Positions 32,859-42,300 of a stretch of DNA of 62,384 nt are shown one piece after another; within the stretch, counting starts at the first letter, position 1, and each line of letters begins with the position of its first letter. Source of the DNA: Chloroflexota bacterium (GTDB lineage Bacteria; Chloroflexota; Dehalococcoidia; UBA2979); NCBI GenBank assembly GCA_027592645.1, contig JAQCKI010000002.1:1-62384 (forward strand). The letters are read 5' to 3'. The notes beneath the pieces were generated by a model, which had not been told where the DNA came from, searched no databases, and was given only the letters and a program-made list of their open reading frames with translations. A program made the position numbers and the translations under genes.

Positions 32859-34289
32859 CTAGAGCGCAATCTCCTTCACCGTCGGGCTGACCTGCAGTGG
32901 CGCACCGGTCACGGCGGCGATCTCCTCGGGCGTGTACCCGGGCGCGTACTCCTCCAGGATGAACTGACCAGCCCGAACGGCGATCACCGCCAGGTCGGTG
33001 ACGATGAGCGTCACCCCACCCGGGGACGTGACCGGCAGCGTGCAGGTCTGCAGCAGGCGCGGCTTCCCGTCTCGCGTCGTGTGTTCCATCGCCAGCCATA
33101 TCTCCTTCGCCGACGCGACGAGGTCCATCGCACCGCCGATGCCGCCGAGGTTGTCGAAGGGCGCGTCACTCAGACGCCAGTTCGCGAACGACCCATCGGC
33201 CGCCGCCTCGTACGCACCGAGCACGGTCACATCGAGGTTGCCGCCCCGGATCAGTGCAAACGAATCAGCGTGATTCACAAAGCTCGCGCCCGGGCGCAGC
33301 GTGACCTGCTGGCCGCCGGCGTTCCAGACATCCGGGTCGGCCTCCTCCGGCGTCGCGATCCGGCCGTAGCCAATCACGCCGTTCTCGGAGGTAAAAGTGA
33401 TGTCGTCCTCGTCACGCGTGTAGCCGGAGGCGAGCGTCGGGATGCCGATGCCGAGGTTCACCGTGGAGCCGGCACGGAAATGACGCCCGATGGCGGCCGC
33501 CATCTGCTCGCGGTTCAGGCGGCGCTTGCCGCCGCCGGCGTGTTCTTCGCGCGCCTCGACAGCGGGTGCGGGCGGGCGAATGGGGCGGAGGATACCGTCC
33601 GGCGGGATCTGCACCATGCGCGCAACGTAGATACCCGGCGTGTGGATCTCGTCCGGCTCGAGCATCCCCGCCTCGACGATCGGCTCCTCCACCTCGACGA
33701 TGGTGTGCCGCCCGGCCATCGCTGCGATCGGGTTGTAGTTGCGCGCGCCGTGCCGGTAGATCAGGTTGCCGGCCGTGTCGGCCTTCCACGCATGAATGAA
33801 CGCGTAGTCCGCGACGATGCCCTCCTCGAGGACGTACGAACGCCCGTTGAACTCGCGATGCTCCTTGCCCTCGGACAGCAGCGTCCCCACGCCGGCGGGC
33901 GTGTAGAAGGCGGGGATCCCGGCGCCACCGGCGCGGATGCGCTCGGCGACGGTTCCCTGCGGCACCAGTTCCACATCCAGGAGACCGTCCCGCACCATCT
34001 GTTCGGTCTTCGACACGCGCGAAGGATGCGTCGCCGCAGTGAACGATGCGATCACCTTCTTCACGCGGCCATCCTCGATGAGATTGCCGGAGTTTCGGAC
34101 GCGAGCATCGGTGGAGGCGTTGCCCTGGCCGTTCTGGACGAGAGTCATACCCTTCGCGCCCTGGTGATAGAGCGCGGTCAGCAGGTTCAGCGGCGTCCCC
34201 ACGCCGAATCCGGGTACCAGCAGCGTGATCCCGTCAGGAATATCGGCCACTGCTTCAGCCATCGTTGCGCAGATCTTCGGTCGGGCCAT
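32859..34289 (-). CDS. Fused family I CoA-transferase (subunit A + subunit B in one 476-aa polypeptide)
   Basis: ORF 32859..34745 trimmed to the ATG at 34289 (MARPKICATMAEAVADIPDG). The A-like half has AFYTPAGVG. A linker follows. The B-like half has VNLGIGIP and the catalytic FTSENGVIGYG (SENG) motif. Confidence 0.85.
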   Translation of the reverse strand: MARPKICATMAEAVADIPDGITLLVPGFGVGTPLNLLTALYHQGAKGMTLVQNGQGNASTDARVRNSGNLIEDGRVKKVIASFTAATHPSRVSKTEQMVRDGLLDVELVPQGTVAERIRAGGAGIPAFYTPAGVGTLLSEGKEHREFNGRSYVLEEGIVADYAFIHAWKADTAGNLIYRHGARNYNPIAAMAGRHTIVEVEEPIVEAGMLEPDEIHTPGIYVARMVQIPPDGILRPIRPPAPAVEAREEHAGGGKRRLNREQMAAAIGRHFRAGSTVNLGIGIPTLASGYTRDEDDITFTSENGVIGYGRIATPEEADPDVWNAGGQQVTLRPGASFVNHADSFALIRGGNLDVTVLGAYEAAADGSFANWRLSDAPFDNLGGIGGAMDLVASAKEIWLAMEHTTRDGKPRLLQTCTLPVTSPGGVTLIVTDLAVIAVRAGQFILEEYAPGYTPEEIAAVTGAPLQVSPTVKEIAL

Positions 34290-34485
34290 CGTGGTCTCCC
34301 TCGCTCGCAGCCCCTCCAATTCCATCAAGGCGTCCGCACTGTATACCTCTCTCCAATCGCTTGATCTCAGGCGTATGCTCGCCGCGGTTCGCGCTCGTCG
34401 CGAAAAGCGCTGCTGATCACGGATCGGCACGCTCGGTATTGGTCGCACGGATGTCGTTACTTTTGAGTGCCAGAAATACCTGCTT

Positions 34486-35754
34486 GTGACGAACGCTGAA
34501 CCTGCGCCCGACCCGCCGGCCGCCCCTCCCCGGGGGCGGATGAGGACAGCCTTCGCTGCGTTCGAACAGCGCGACTTCCGGTACCTCGGGCTGTCGACGT
34601 TGGCACTGGGGTTTGGGCAGTGGGCACAGCAGCTGGGGCTCGCGTGGCTCGCGCTTGAACTGACCGGCTCGCCGATCCAGCTCGGGACGATCTCCGCGTT
34701 CCGCGGCGGCGTCGGGGTCATCACCGCGCCACTCGGCGGGTACATCGCCGACCGATTCCCTCGACGCCTGGTGCTCGCGCAGACGACGATCGCCAGCGCC
34801 GTGCAGGCGACGATCTTCGCGGTCCTGATCCTCTCGGGTCACATCGAGCTGTGGCACGTGTACGTCCTGGCATTCGCCGGTGGCGTCATCCAGTCGTTCA
34901 GCCAGCCGGCGCGACAGTCCTTCGTGTACGACATCTCGACCGACGAAACCTTCCTCAATGCCGTGACGATGAACTCGGTCATCCAGAACGTGTCGCGGAT
35001 CGCTGGGCCTCCCCTCGCCGGGATGGTGATCGGCTTCTGGGGCACCGGGACGCTCTTCATCGTGATGGCATGCCTGGAAGTTGCCGCCGTGATCTTCACG
35101 CTGATGATCAGCACGACCACCCGGCAGAAGCGGATCGAGAACCCGCGGGGACTCGGCTCGGCGGTCAGCGATGTACGAGATGGCTTCGCCTACTCGTGGC
35201 GCGACAAGCTCGTGCTGGGGCTGATCCTCGCCCACGCGATCCCCACGCTCCTGATCTTCCCCTACCTCCCGTTCCTGGCGGTCTTCGCGCAGGACGTGCT
35301 GAACCGAGGCCCCGAGGCGTTCGGACAGCTCTCCGCGATGGGAGGGTGGGGCTCGATGGTCGGGCTGACCGCGCTCACGCTGATGGGAAACCCGAAGCGC
35401 AAGGGAGCGATGCTGATCGGGTGCTTCGGGATCTACATGGTGATGGTGCTGGGCTTCACGCTCTCCAGTAACTACGCGCTCTCGCTGGCGGCGCTGGCGG
35501 CGGCCGGGATCTTCTCTTCGATCGCGTTCACCCTGAACAACACCCTGATCCAGGTCGCCGCCAGGAACGAGTTCCGCGGCCGGGTGATGTCGGTGTGGCA
35601 GGTGGTGAGCGGCCTGCAGCCGCTCGGCGCGCTGCCGATGGGCATTCTCATCGAGCGGTACGGGCCGCAGTCCACGGTCGCCGGCTTCGTGATCACGGCG
35701 ATGATCGCGTACGTGCTCTTCGCGGCCGTCTTCGCTTCGGTGCGGCGCGCGTAG
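34486..35754 (+). CDS. MFS transporter
   Basis: 422 aa with about 12 TM helices. Has the GGYIADRFPRR loop motif. Confidence 0.85.
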   Translation: MTNAEPAPDPPAAPPRGRMRTAFAAFEQRDFRYLGLSTLALGFGQWAQQLGLAWLALELTGSPIQLGTISAFRGGVGVITAPLGGYIADRFPRRLVLAQTTIASAVQATIFAVLILSGHIELWHVYVLAFAGGVIQSFSQPARQSFVYDISTDETFLNAVTMNSVIQNVSRIAGPPLAGMVIGFWGTGTLFIVMACLEVAAVIFTLMISTTTRQKRIENPRGLGSAVSDVRDGFAYSWRDKLVLGLILAHAIPTLLIFPYLPFLAVFAQDVLNRGPEAFGQLSAMGGWGSMVGLTALTLMGNPKRKGAMLIGCFGIYMVMVLGFTLSSNYALSLAALAAAGIFSSIAFTLNNTLIQVAARNEFRGRVMSVWQVVSGLQPLGALPMGILIERYGPQSTVAGFVITAMIAYVLFAAVFASVRRA

Positions 35755-35779
35755 GACGCGCGGGAGCGTCCGCGCTCGC

Positions 35780-37039
35780 TTACCTAGCGCCGTAGCGATC
35801 CCCGATGGCACCGCGCTCCAGCAGTGCGGCCACCTGCTCCGCGCTGTAGCCGAGGCCCTGCAGGATCTCGACGTTGTGCTCGCCAACCAACCCACACGCG
35901 AGATCCCACGAGGGCGCGTCCGGCTCGATCCGCCAGAGGAAACCGCCCAGCGTCTGCGTCCCGGCGTAGCGATGAGTCACCGTCTGTAGCCACTCCCGAT
36001 GCGCGATCTGAGGGCTGGTCATCAGACCGATGTGGTAGATCACGGGCGCCGCAATTCCGCCCGCCTCCGCAACGTTCGTGGCGATCTCCTCGGCGGTGCC
36101 GGAGGCGGCGTACGCCGCGAGCGCGGCATCGATGTCCGCGCGGGCCCGCAGGCGCCCCGTCACGGTCGCCCACGGGTGTGGTGCTTCGGCCCACTCGGCG
36201 TGGCCCGCCGCGCGGGCGACGCCAGCCCACTGCGCATCGTTCTCGGCGGCGATGGTCACCCAGGCGACCGCGCCCGCCTCGCCGCCCGCCGCCAGGTAGC
36301 AGCCGTGCGGCACCACGTGCGGATCGACGTTCCCGAGGCGCCCGGGCACGCGCCCGTTCATCGTCCACTCCGCCTGCAGCGCGGGCAGATGCCAGGCGAA
36401 CGCCTCCGCCTGCGACATGTCGATGAAGCAGCCCTCGCCGGTCTCCTCGCGCCGCAGCAGGCCGGCGACCACGGCGGTCACGAGGCCGACGGCACCCGTC
36501 GCATCCGTGTGGTACATCACCGGCACCTGGTCCGGCGGGCCGTCCGGATAGCCGCGCACCACCATGTGTCCGAGCGTGGCGTCGAGACCGGAGCCCAGCG
36601 TCGCGTAGCCGCGGTAGGGGCCTTCGACGCCCCACCCGGGCATCGAGACCATGACCAGGCGCGGGTTGATCGCGTGGAGTTGCTCCCACCCCAGCCCGAG
36701 GCCTTCGATCGTGCCCGCGGAGTAGCCCTCGACCAGCACGTCGACGGTGGCGACGAGACGCCGGACGACCTCCGCGCCCTCTTCGTTGCGGATGTTCACC
36801 GCGATGTTGCGCTTGTTCCGGTTCGCCATGTGGTGCGACCCCGCGCGTTCGTACGGCGGGCCGTCGCCGGGGACCGCGTTGCCTTCCCGCAGCGGGCGGG
36901 AGATCGCGGGTGGCCGCGGGAACGACTCGAGGCGTATGACGTCCGCGCCGAGGTCACCGAGCAGGGACGTCCCCATTGGCCCCGCCCACACCTCGGTCAT
37001 GTCGATCGCGCGGATCCCGGCGAGCAGTTGCGAGGTCAT
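35780..37039 (-). CDS. Family III CoA-transferase, B-type member of pair 2 (paralog of 10534..11826)
   Basis: ORF 35780..37291 trimmed to the ATG at 37039 with GGAGGGAG upstream. Has GIRAIDMTEVWAGPMGTSLLGDLGADVIRLES and GEGCFIDMSQAEA. Alignable along its whole length with 10534..11826. Confidence 0.9.
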   Translation of the reverse strand: MTSQLLAGIRAIDMTEVWAGPMGTSLLGDLGADVIRLESFPRPPAISRPLREGNAVPGDGPPYERAGSHHMANRNKRNIAVNIRNEEGAEVVRRLVATVDVLVEGYSAGTIEGLGLGWEQLHAINPRLVMVSMPGWGVEGPYRGYATLGSGLDATLGHMVVRGYPDGPPDQVPVMYHTDATGAVGLVTAVVAGLLRREETGEGCFIDMSQAEAFAWHLPALQAEWTMNGRVPGRLGNVDPHVVPHGCYLAAGGEAGAVAWVTIAAENDAQWAGVARAAGHAEWAEAPHPWATVTGRLRARADIDAALAAYAASGTAEEIATNVAEAGGIAAPVIYHIGLMTSPQIAHREWLQTVTHRYAGTQTLGGFLWRIEPDAPSWDLACGLVGEHNVEILQGLGYSAEQVAALLERGAIGDRYGAR

Positions 37040-37058
37040 CGTCGCTCCCTCCTGGCGT

Positions 37059-38246
37059 TCATCCGGCGACGCCGGCGCGGAACAGCGCGATCTGTTCGTC
37101 GGCGCTGTAGCCGAGTTCGGATAGCACCTCGAACGTGTGCTCACCGAGCGCGGGCGCGGGGGCCAGCGACCACGCGCCTTCGAGGCGGAACGGGGCGCCG
37201 GCCAGCGTGTGCTCGCCGACGCCCGGCTGCTGCACGCGCACGAACGAACCTCGTGCCACCACCTGCGCGTCCTCGAACGACTCGGCGACATCGAGCACCG
37301 GTGCCACCATCACGCCGTGCGACTGCAGATCCAGGAAGACCTCGTTGCGGGTGCGCGTGGCGAGGTACTCGCGGATGTGCCCCATGAACTCGTCGAAGTG
37401 CGCCGGCTTCTGGGCCGGGTCGGTGAAGCGGGGGTCGGTGGCGAACTCGGGGTGGCCGATGCCCTTGCACAGCCGGCTGAAGAACGGCTCGTTCGCCGCG
37501 AAGAACGAGACGTAGCCATCGGTCGCGCGGAGCAGGCCAGCCGGGTACGCCACGCGCGACAGCCCGGCGGGCCGAGGCGTATCCGCGCCGGTGAAGCTCC
37601 ACGGCACGAACCAGTTGTCGACGTTGCCCGCGAGCGACTCCACGCCGCCGACATCGATCGCGCGGCGCACGCCATCGTGGCGACGTCCCCAGATCGCGGC
37701 CGCCGCCACCGCCGTGGCCGTAGAGGCCCACTGCAACGTCGCGACCTGCGCCGAGTAGCGCAGCGGCTCCTGTCCATCGAACGAATGGCGGAACATCCGG
37801 TTGGACCACGCGAACAGCGTCAGGTCGTTCTCCTGGCGTCCCGCGAACGGCCCGTCCACTCCGTGTACGGCGAGCGTCACCGTCGTCGGCCCCGAATCGT
37901 CGAGGCGTGCGATGGCATCGAGGACGCGGCGCGCCTCCTCGGGCGGCAGGTGCAGCAGCACCAGGTCGCTCTCCGCCGCCAGCGCCACCAGCACCTCCAG
38001 CCCGGAGGGCGAGGTGTGGTCGAGGACGACCGAGCGCTTCCCGGTATTCAACGCGAGGTGGAAGGCGCCGCGGTCGAGGTGCGGGCGGTCGCCCGGGAAC
38101 GGGCCCAGGCGGCGCACCTCGTCGCCCGCGCCGGGCTCCACGACGGTCACCGTGGCCCCGTAGTCGCTGAGGCCTTTCGTCGCGCCCGCAGCCGCGACGG
38201 TGCCACCGACCTCCACGACCCGGACGCCCGAGAACGGCTGCGCCAT
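37059..38246 (-). CDS. Family III CoA-transferase, A-type member of pair 2 (paralog of 9339..10529)
   Basis: ORF 37059..38354 trimmed to the ATG at 38246 (MAQPFSGVRVVEVGGTVAAAGATKGLSDYGATVTVVEP). C-terminal LGEHT. Confidence 0.9.
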   Translation of the reverse strand: MAQPFSGVRVVEVGGTVAAAGATKGLSDYGATVTVVEPGAGDEVRRLGPFPGDRPHLDRGAFHLALNTGKRSVVLDHTSPSGLEVLVALAAESDLVLLHLPPEEARRVLDAIARLDDSGPTTVTLAVHGVDGPFAGRQENDLTLFAWSNRMFRHSFDGQEPLRYSAQVATLQWASTATAVAAAAIWGRRHDGVRRAIDVGGVESLAGNVDNWFVPWSFTGADTPRPAGLSRVAYPAGLLRATDGYVSFFAANEPFFSRLCKGIGHPEFATDPRFTDPAQKPAHFDEFMGHIREYLATRTRNEVFLDLQSHGVMVAPVLDVAESFEDAQVVARGSFVRVQQPGVGEHTLAGAPFRLEGAWSLAPAPALGEHTFEVLSELGYSADEQIALFRAGVAG

Positions 38247-38451
38247 GCCGTGCTCCCCCGCTCCAGACTCCGTGACGACGTGTCGCGCCACGAACGTGAT
38301 GCCGCGGCGGGAGCGTACAAGCCTCGGCGGCGCGGTGCGTGACTCCCGGCACAATCGACGGCGGGGCGGACGCTACGATGCGCCGGATGACACGCGTGAT
38401 GCGCCGCCCTGGTCGATCTCCGACGGGTGGCGGTGGGAGTCGAGGTGCAGG

Positions 38452-39276
38452 ATGACCGCGGAGACCGAGGCGAAGACGGACACCGAGGAGCAGGTCACGT
38501 TCGAGCAGGTGGGGTCGGTGCTCATCGCCCGGCTGAACCGGCCGGAGAAGTTGAACGCGCTGAGCGCCGGCATCTCCCGGGGGATGCACGAACTGGTACG
38601 ACGCCTGAACAGCGGCGAGACCGGCGCCCGCGCAGCCATCGTCACCGGCGAGGGCCGCGCCTTCTGCGCGGGGGGCGATGTCACCTCCTTCCCCACCTCC
38701 AACCAGCCCGGCGTCCGCCGAGGTGGCCCCTATGCCCGCCCGCACGCGGAACGTTCGATTGCGCGCGCGATGCACTCCTGTGACGTGCCGATCATCGGCG
38801 CGATCAACGGCTACGCGGTGGGCGCGGGGTTCGGCCTGGCGCTCTCCACGGACCTGAGGATCGCCGCGGACGACGCCATCTTCCAGGTCGCGCAGATCAA
38901 GCGCGGGCTGGTCGCCGATATGAGCACCGGGCCGCTGCTGCGGGAGGCGCTGGGCAATCAGCGCGCGCTGGAGTTGATGCTCAGTGGCCGCCGGGTGAAC
39001 GCCACCGAGGCGCTCGAACTCGGCCTCGTGCTGAAGGTCGTGCCGCGCGACCGGCTGCTGGAGGAGGCGCTGGAACTCGCGACCGCGATCGCGGAGGGGC
39101 CGCCGCACGGCATGGCCGCCTCCAAGCACGTGGTCTACATGGCGGGCGACCACGACCTGGAACAGGCGGACGCCTTCGTCTCCCTCTCCGTCGCCGGCCT
39201 GTTCAAGACCGAGGACGCCGCCGAGGGCGTGCAGGCCTTCCGCGAGCGGCGCGAGCCAAAGTTCACCGGCCGCTGA
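38452..39276 (+). CDS. Enoyl-CoA hydratase/isomerase (crotonase) family protein
   Basis: ORF 38200..39276 trimmed to the ATG at 38452. Has LIARLNRPEKLNAL, FCAGGDV and INGYAVGAGFGLAL. Confidence 0.85.
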   Translation: MTAETEAKTDTEEQVTFEQVGSVLIARLNRPEKLNALSAGISRGMHELVRRLNSGETGARAAIVTGEGRAFCAGGDVTSFPTSNQPGVRRGGPYARPHAERSIARAMHSCDVPIIGAINGYAVGAGFGLALSTDLRIAADDAIFQVAQIKRGLVADMSTGPLLREALGNQRALELMLSGRRVNATEALELGLVLKVVPRDRLLEEALELATAIAEGPPHGMAASKHVVYMAGDHDLEQADAFVSLSVAGLFKTEDAAEGVQAFRERREPKFTGR

Positions 39277-39322
39277 CCGAGGCGTAGCGGGACGTACCGG
39301 CCCGGACGATCAGACCGGACAG

Positions 39323-39359
39323 ACGAAACCGGGGAGGCCAATGGCCTCCCCGGTTTCGT
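39323..39359. terminator. Perfect 18-bp inverted repeat between convergent genes (bidirectional terminator candidate)
   Basis: ACGAAACCGGGGAGGCCA-A-TGGCCTCCCCGGTTTCGT. Lies between the stop of 38452..39276(+) and the stop of the giant gene (-). Confidence 0.65.
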
Positions 39360-39381
39360 ACTCGTGCGCGTTGGGCCGGTA

Positions 39382-42300
39382 CTACTGCGGGATCGTCAGC
39401 ACGAGCCCGTCGCGGATCGCGTAGCTCGGGCCGGCGATGCCGTTCGCCTCCGCGATGCTCATCCATGGGATGCCGTACCGCACGCCGATGGCGGAGAGCG
39501 TCTCCCCCGGGGCGACGGTGTGCGTCGTGCCGGACGAGGCCGCCGCCGGCGGCGGCGTCCCGGTCGAGACCGTCGCCGGGCGCGCCTGTGCCAGCGTCAC
39601 CGGCGTGTTCGCGGCGAGCTCAAGGCCGAAGTCGCCGAGGAACTGGTCGAGCAGGAACGCGGGGCCGTTGACCCGCAGGACGCGGAACAGCCCGTCGAAG
39701 CGCTGCAGCCACACGCCGGTTGCCCCCCGCAGCTCGGCGGCGCGGGCCAGCAGGTTGGCTGGGCCGCCGCCGAAGACCGCCAGGGCGTGGCCGGCGCTGC
39801 TGTAGCCGTTGAACCCGGTGATGGCCCCCAGGCCCGGCGCGAACATCAGCGCGATGACGTCGAAACTGGTGGTGCTGGCCGAGACGTCGTACGAGCCGTC
39901 CTCGTTCGCCGTCACCTGTGTCGGGACGAGCACCCACTCGGTGCCGGTCCAGCGCACGAACTGCAGGTCGCCCGAAGGCGTCCCCGCCAGCACGCGGCCG
40001 GCCGGCAGCGTGAAGTCGAACGCCATCGACCCGGGCGCCGTGGCAAGATCCAGCCCCGCGCTATCACGCCCGATGAAGGCGAACCCGAACAGCAGGGACG
40101 TGCCGGCCGGCGCCGGGTTCGCCTCCGCGAATGCATCGATGTCCACCGCGCCGAAGGAAATCACCGGCTCACCGGCCTCGTTCACCTGCGCGGCCTGGCC
40201 GGTGGCCACGCCGGAGGCGATCTCCTGGGTGATGCCGGCCGTGATGCTGGCTACGGTGATACGCGTACTCGAAACGCGCAGCGACATGGAAATTTCGTTC
40301 TTCAGGGTCGTCTGTAGATCGCGCCTCAGACTCTCGGATGAGAGGACAGAGAGGTCGCGGTTCAGCCGCAAGGTCGTCGCCGCCGCCTCCGTCGCGTGGA
40401 CGGTGAACGGCCCCGACGTGGCGGTCAACTGGACGCCGCCGACCGCGGCCGTGGCGTTCAGCACGAGGTTCGCGTCCGCACCGGTCACATTCACACCTGC
40501 GAACGTGGCAACGCCAGCTGCGGTCGTCGAGGTTGCCGTCGTGATCAACGAGGTGGTGGTGTCACCCGACTTGCTCAGCGACAGCGTGACCGGGCTCGTG
40601 ACCGATGTCACGACCTGATTCGCAGCGTTCCGGAACTCCAGCCGCGGCTGCGTGGTGAAGGCGACGCCGGACGCCTCGTGCGCCGGCTGCTGCGTGAACA
40701 CGAGTTGCGTCGCCACGTTGTCGGCGGTCACGGGGATCGAAGGGGACCTGGCGGACGTCAGGGCCCCGTGGCCTGCCGTGATCTCGTATCCAGCCGCCGA
40801 AGCCGTGCTGAACGACAGGCCGCTGAACGTCGCCACGCCGCTCACAAACGGTGCTTCGAGCAGACCCTTGAACGCACTCGGAGTGCTTGAGGCCAGCGTC
40901 ACCGATCCCATCTGGTTCGGGTTCGTCGCGCCCGTTGCATCCTGCGCCGCCACCGTCAGGGTGAACTTCTCGCCCACCCTCAGCGTGGTCGGCACGACCG
41001 AGGTGATGGTCAACTTCGTTGCCGTGACCGCCCGCTGCACCGTGATCGTGTGACTCGCGCTCGTGATGCCCGTAGCGCTAGCGGTAAGCGTATACGTGTC
41101 AGCGGCGCTGATGCGGCAGCCAGCGAACGTTGCCGCGCCGGCGACTGCGGCGACGGACGTCGAAGTGCAGGTCAGGCTGCCGCTACCAGACACCTTGGTG
41201 AGCGTGACTGTGTCCGTCGCCGCCCCCACGGTTGCGCCGGACGCGTTCACCACGCGGACGGTCGGCTGCTGCGCGAACGCGACGCCTACGGACGCGAAGG
41301 AGGGAGCGTCGATCACGAGGCGGTTGACCGCCGTCGCGATCGCCGGCATCGTGCCGGTCGAGGTCTGCGCGACCACCACGTCCGCGCTCGTGGTCGTACG
41401 CATGACCACGTTCGTGCGTGCAGGCTGAGCCGCCGGGTTGGTGGCGCCGGTCACCGTGAACGTGACGGCCGAGTCGGCGGGAACACCCGCGTTGAGTGTC
41501 ACCGTGAGCGTCCCCGCGGTGAAGGCCGCGCTGTTCGCCAGGGCACTGGATGAGGTGAACGTCGCAGTAGGCGCCGCCGGCCACGTGAAGCCCGGCATCT
41601 CCACCACGATCTTGCCACCTGAGGGGATCGCCACCGGCGTGACGAACGCCACCGTCGCGGTGACGGCGGTGGCACTCGGCACAGTGCTGCTCAGCGTCAC
41701 GGCCGCGTTGAGGAGCGCGCCCGTGTAGGTGTAGGTCACGTCCGAGTTGCTCGCCACGCCGCCCACGGTCACCACCACGGGCAACGCGCCGGTCACGATG
41801 CGAGCCGGCACGATCGCCTGAATGATCGTCGAACTGAGCCAGGTCACGCTGGGCGCGGCGAATCCGCCAACGGTCACGGAGGTGATGCTGGCTGTCGACG
41901 TGCCGAATCCGGACCCGGTGATACTCACGACCGTGCCAGTACCCGATGGCCCGAACGCCGGCGTGACCGCGGTCACTCGCGGCCCAGCCGCGGTGAGCGT
42001 GAAGCCCGCGCTGGAGTCGACCGGCGTGGTGTCCTTCGACGTGTGCACGGTGAGGGCACTCGTCGCGATTGTCCCGGCACCCGGGTTGGTGGCCAGGAAG
42101 GTGAGCCTCGCACTCGTCCCTGCCACCACCGCTCCCCCGCGGATTACGACGGTGTCACGGGCGTCTGCCGTGACCGTGCCGGTCAGGGTCCCCGTGATGC
42201 CGGTGCCGGCGGCGACTGCCACCGATCCCTCGGGGAACGTGTACCCGGTCATCTTGACGGTGATGGTGTCAGCGGCAACGAGCGCCGTGGTGGCGCGGAA

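Noticed and set aside
37141-39153. 670-aa minus-strand ORF (and 37137..38342 plus)
   Set aside because: These are alternative frames or the opposite strand of the CoA-transferase and crotonase genes. Extreme Arg/Gly/Pro content and no motif.
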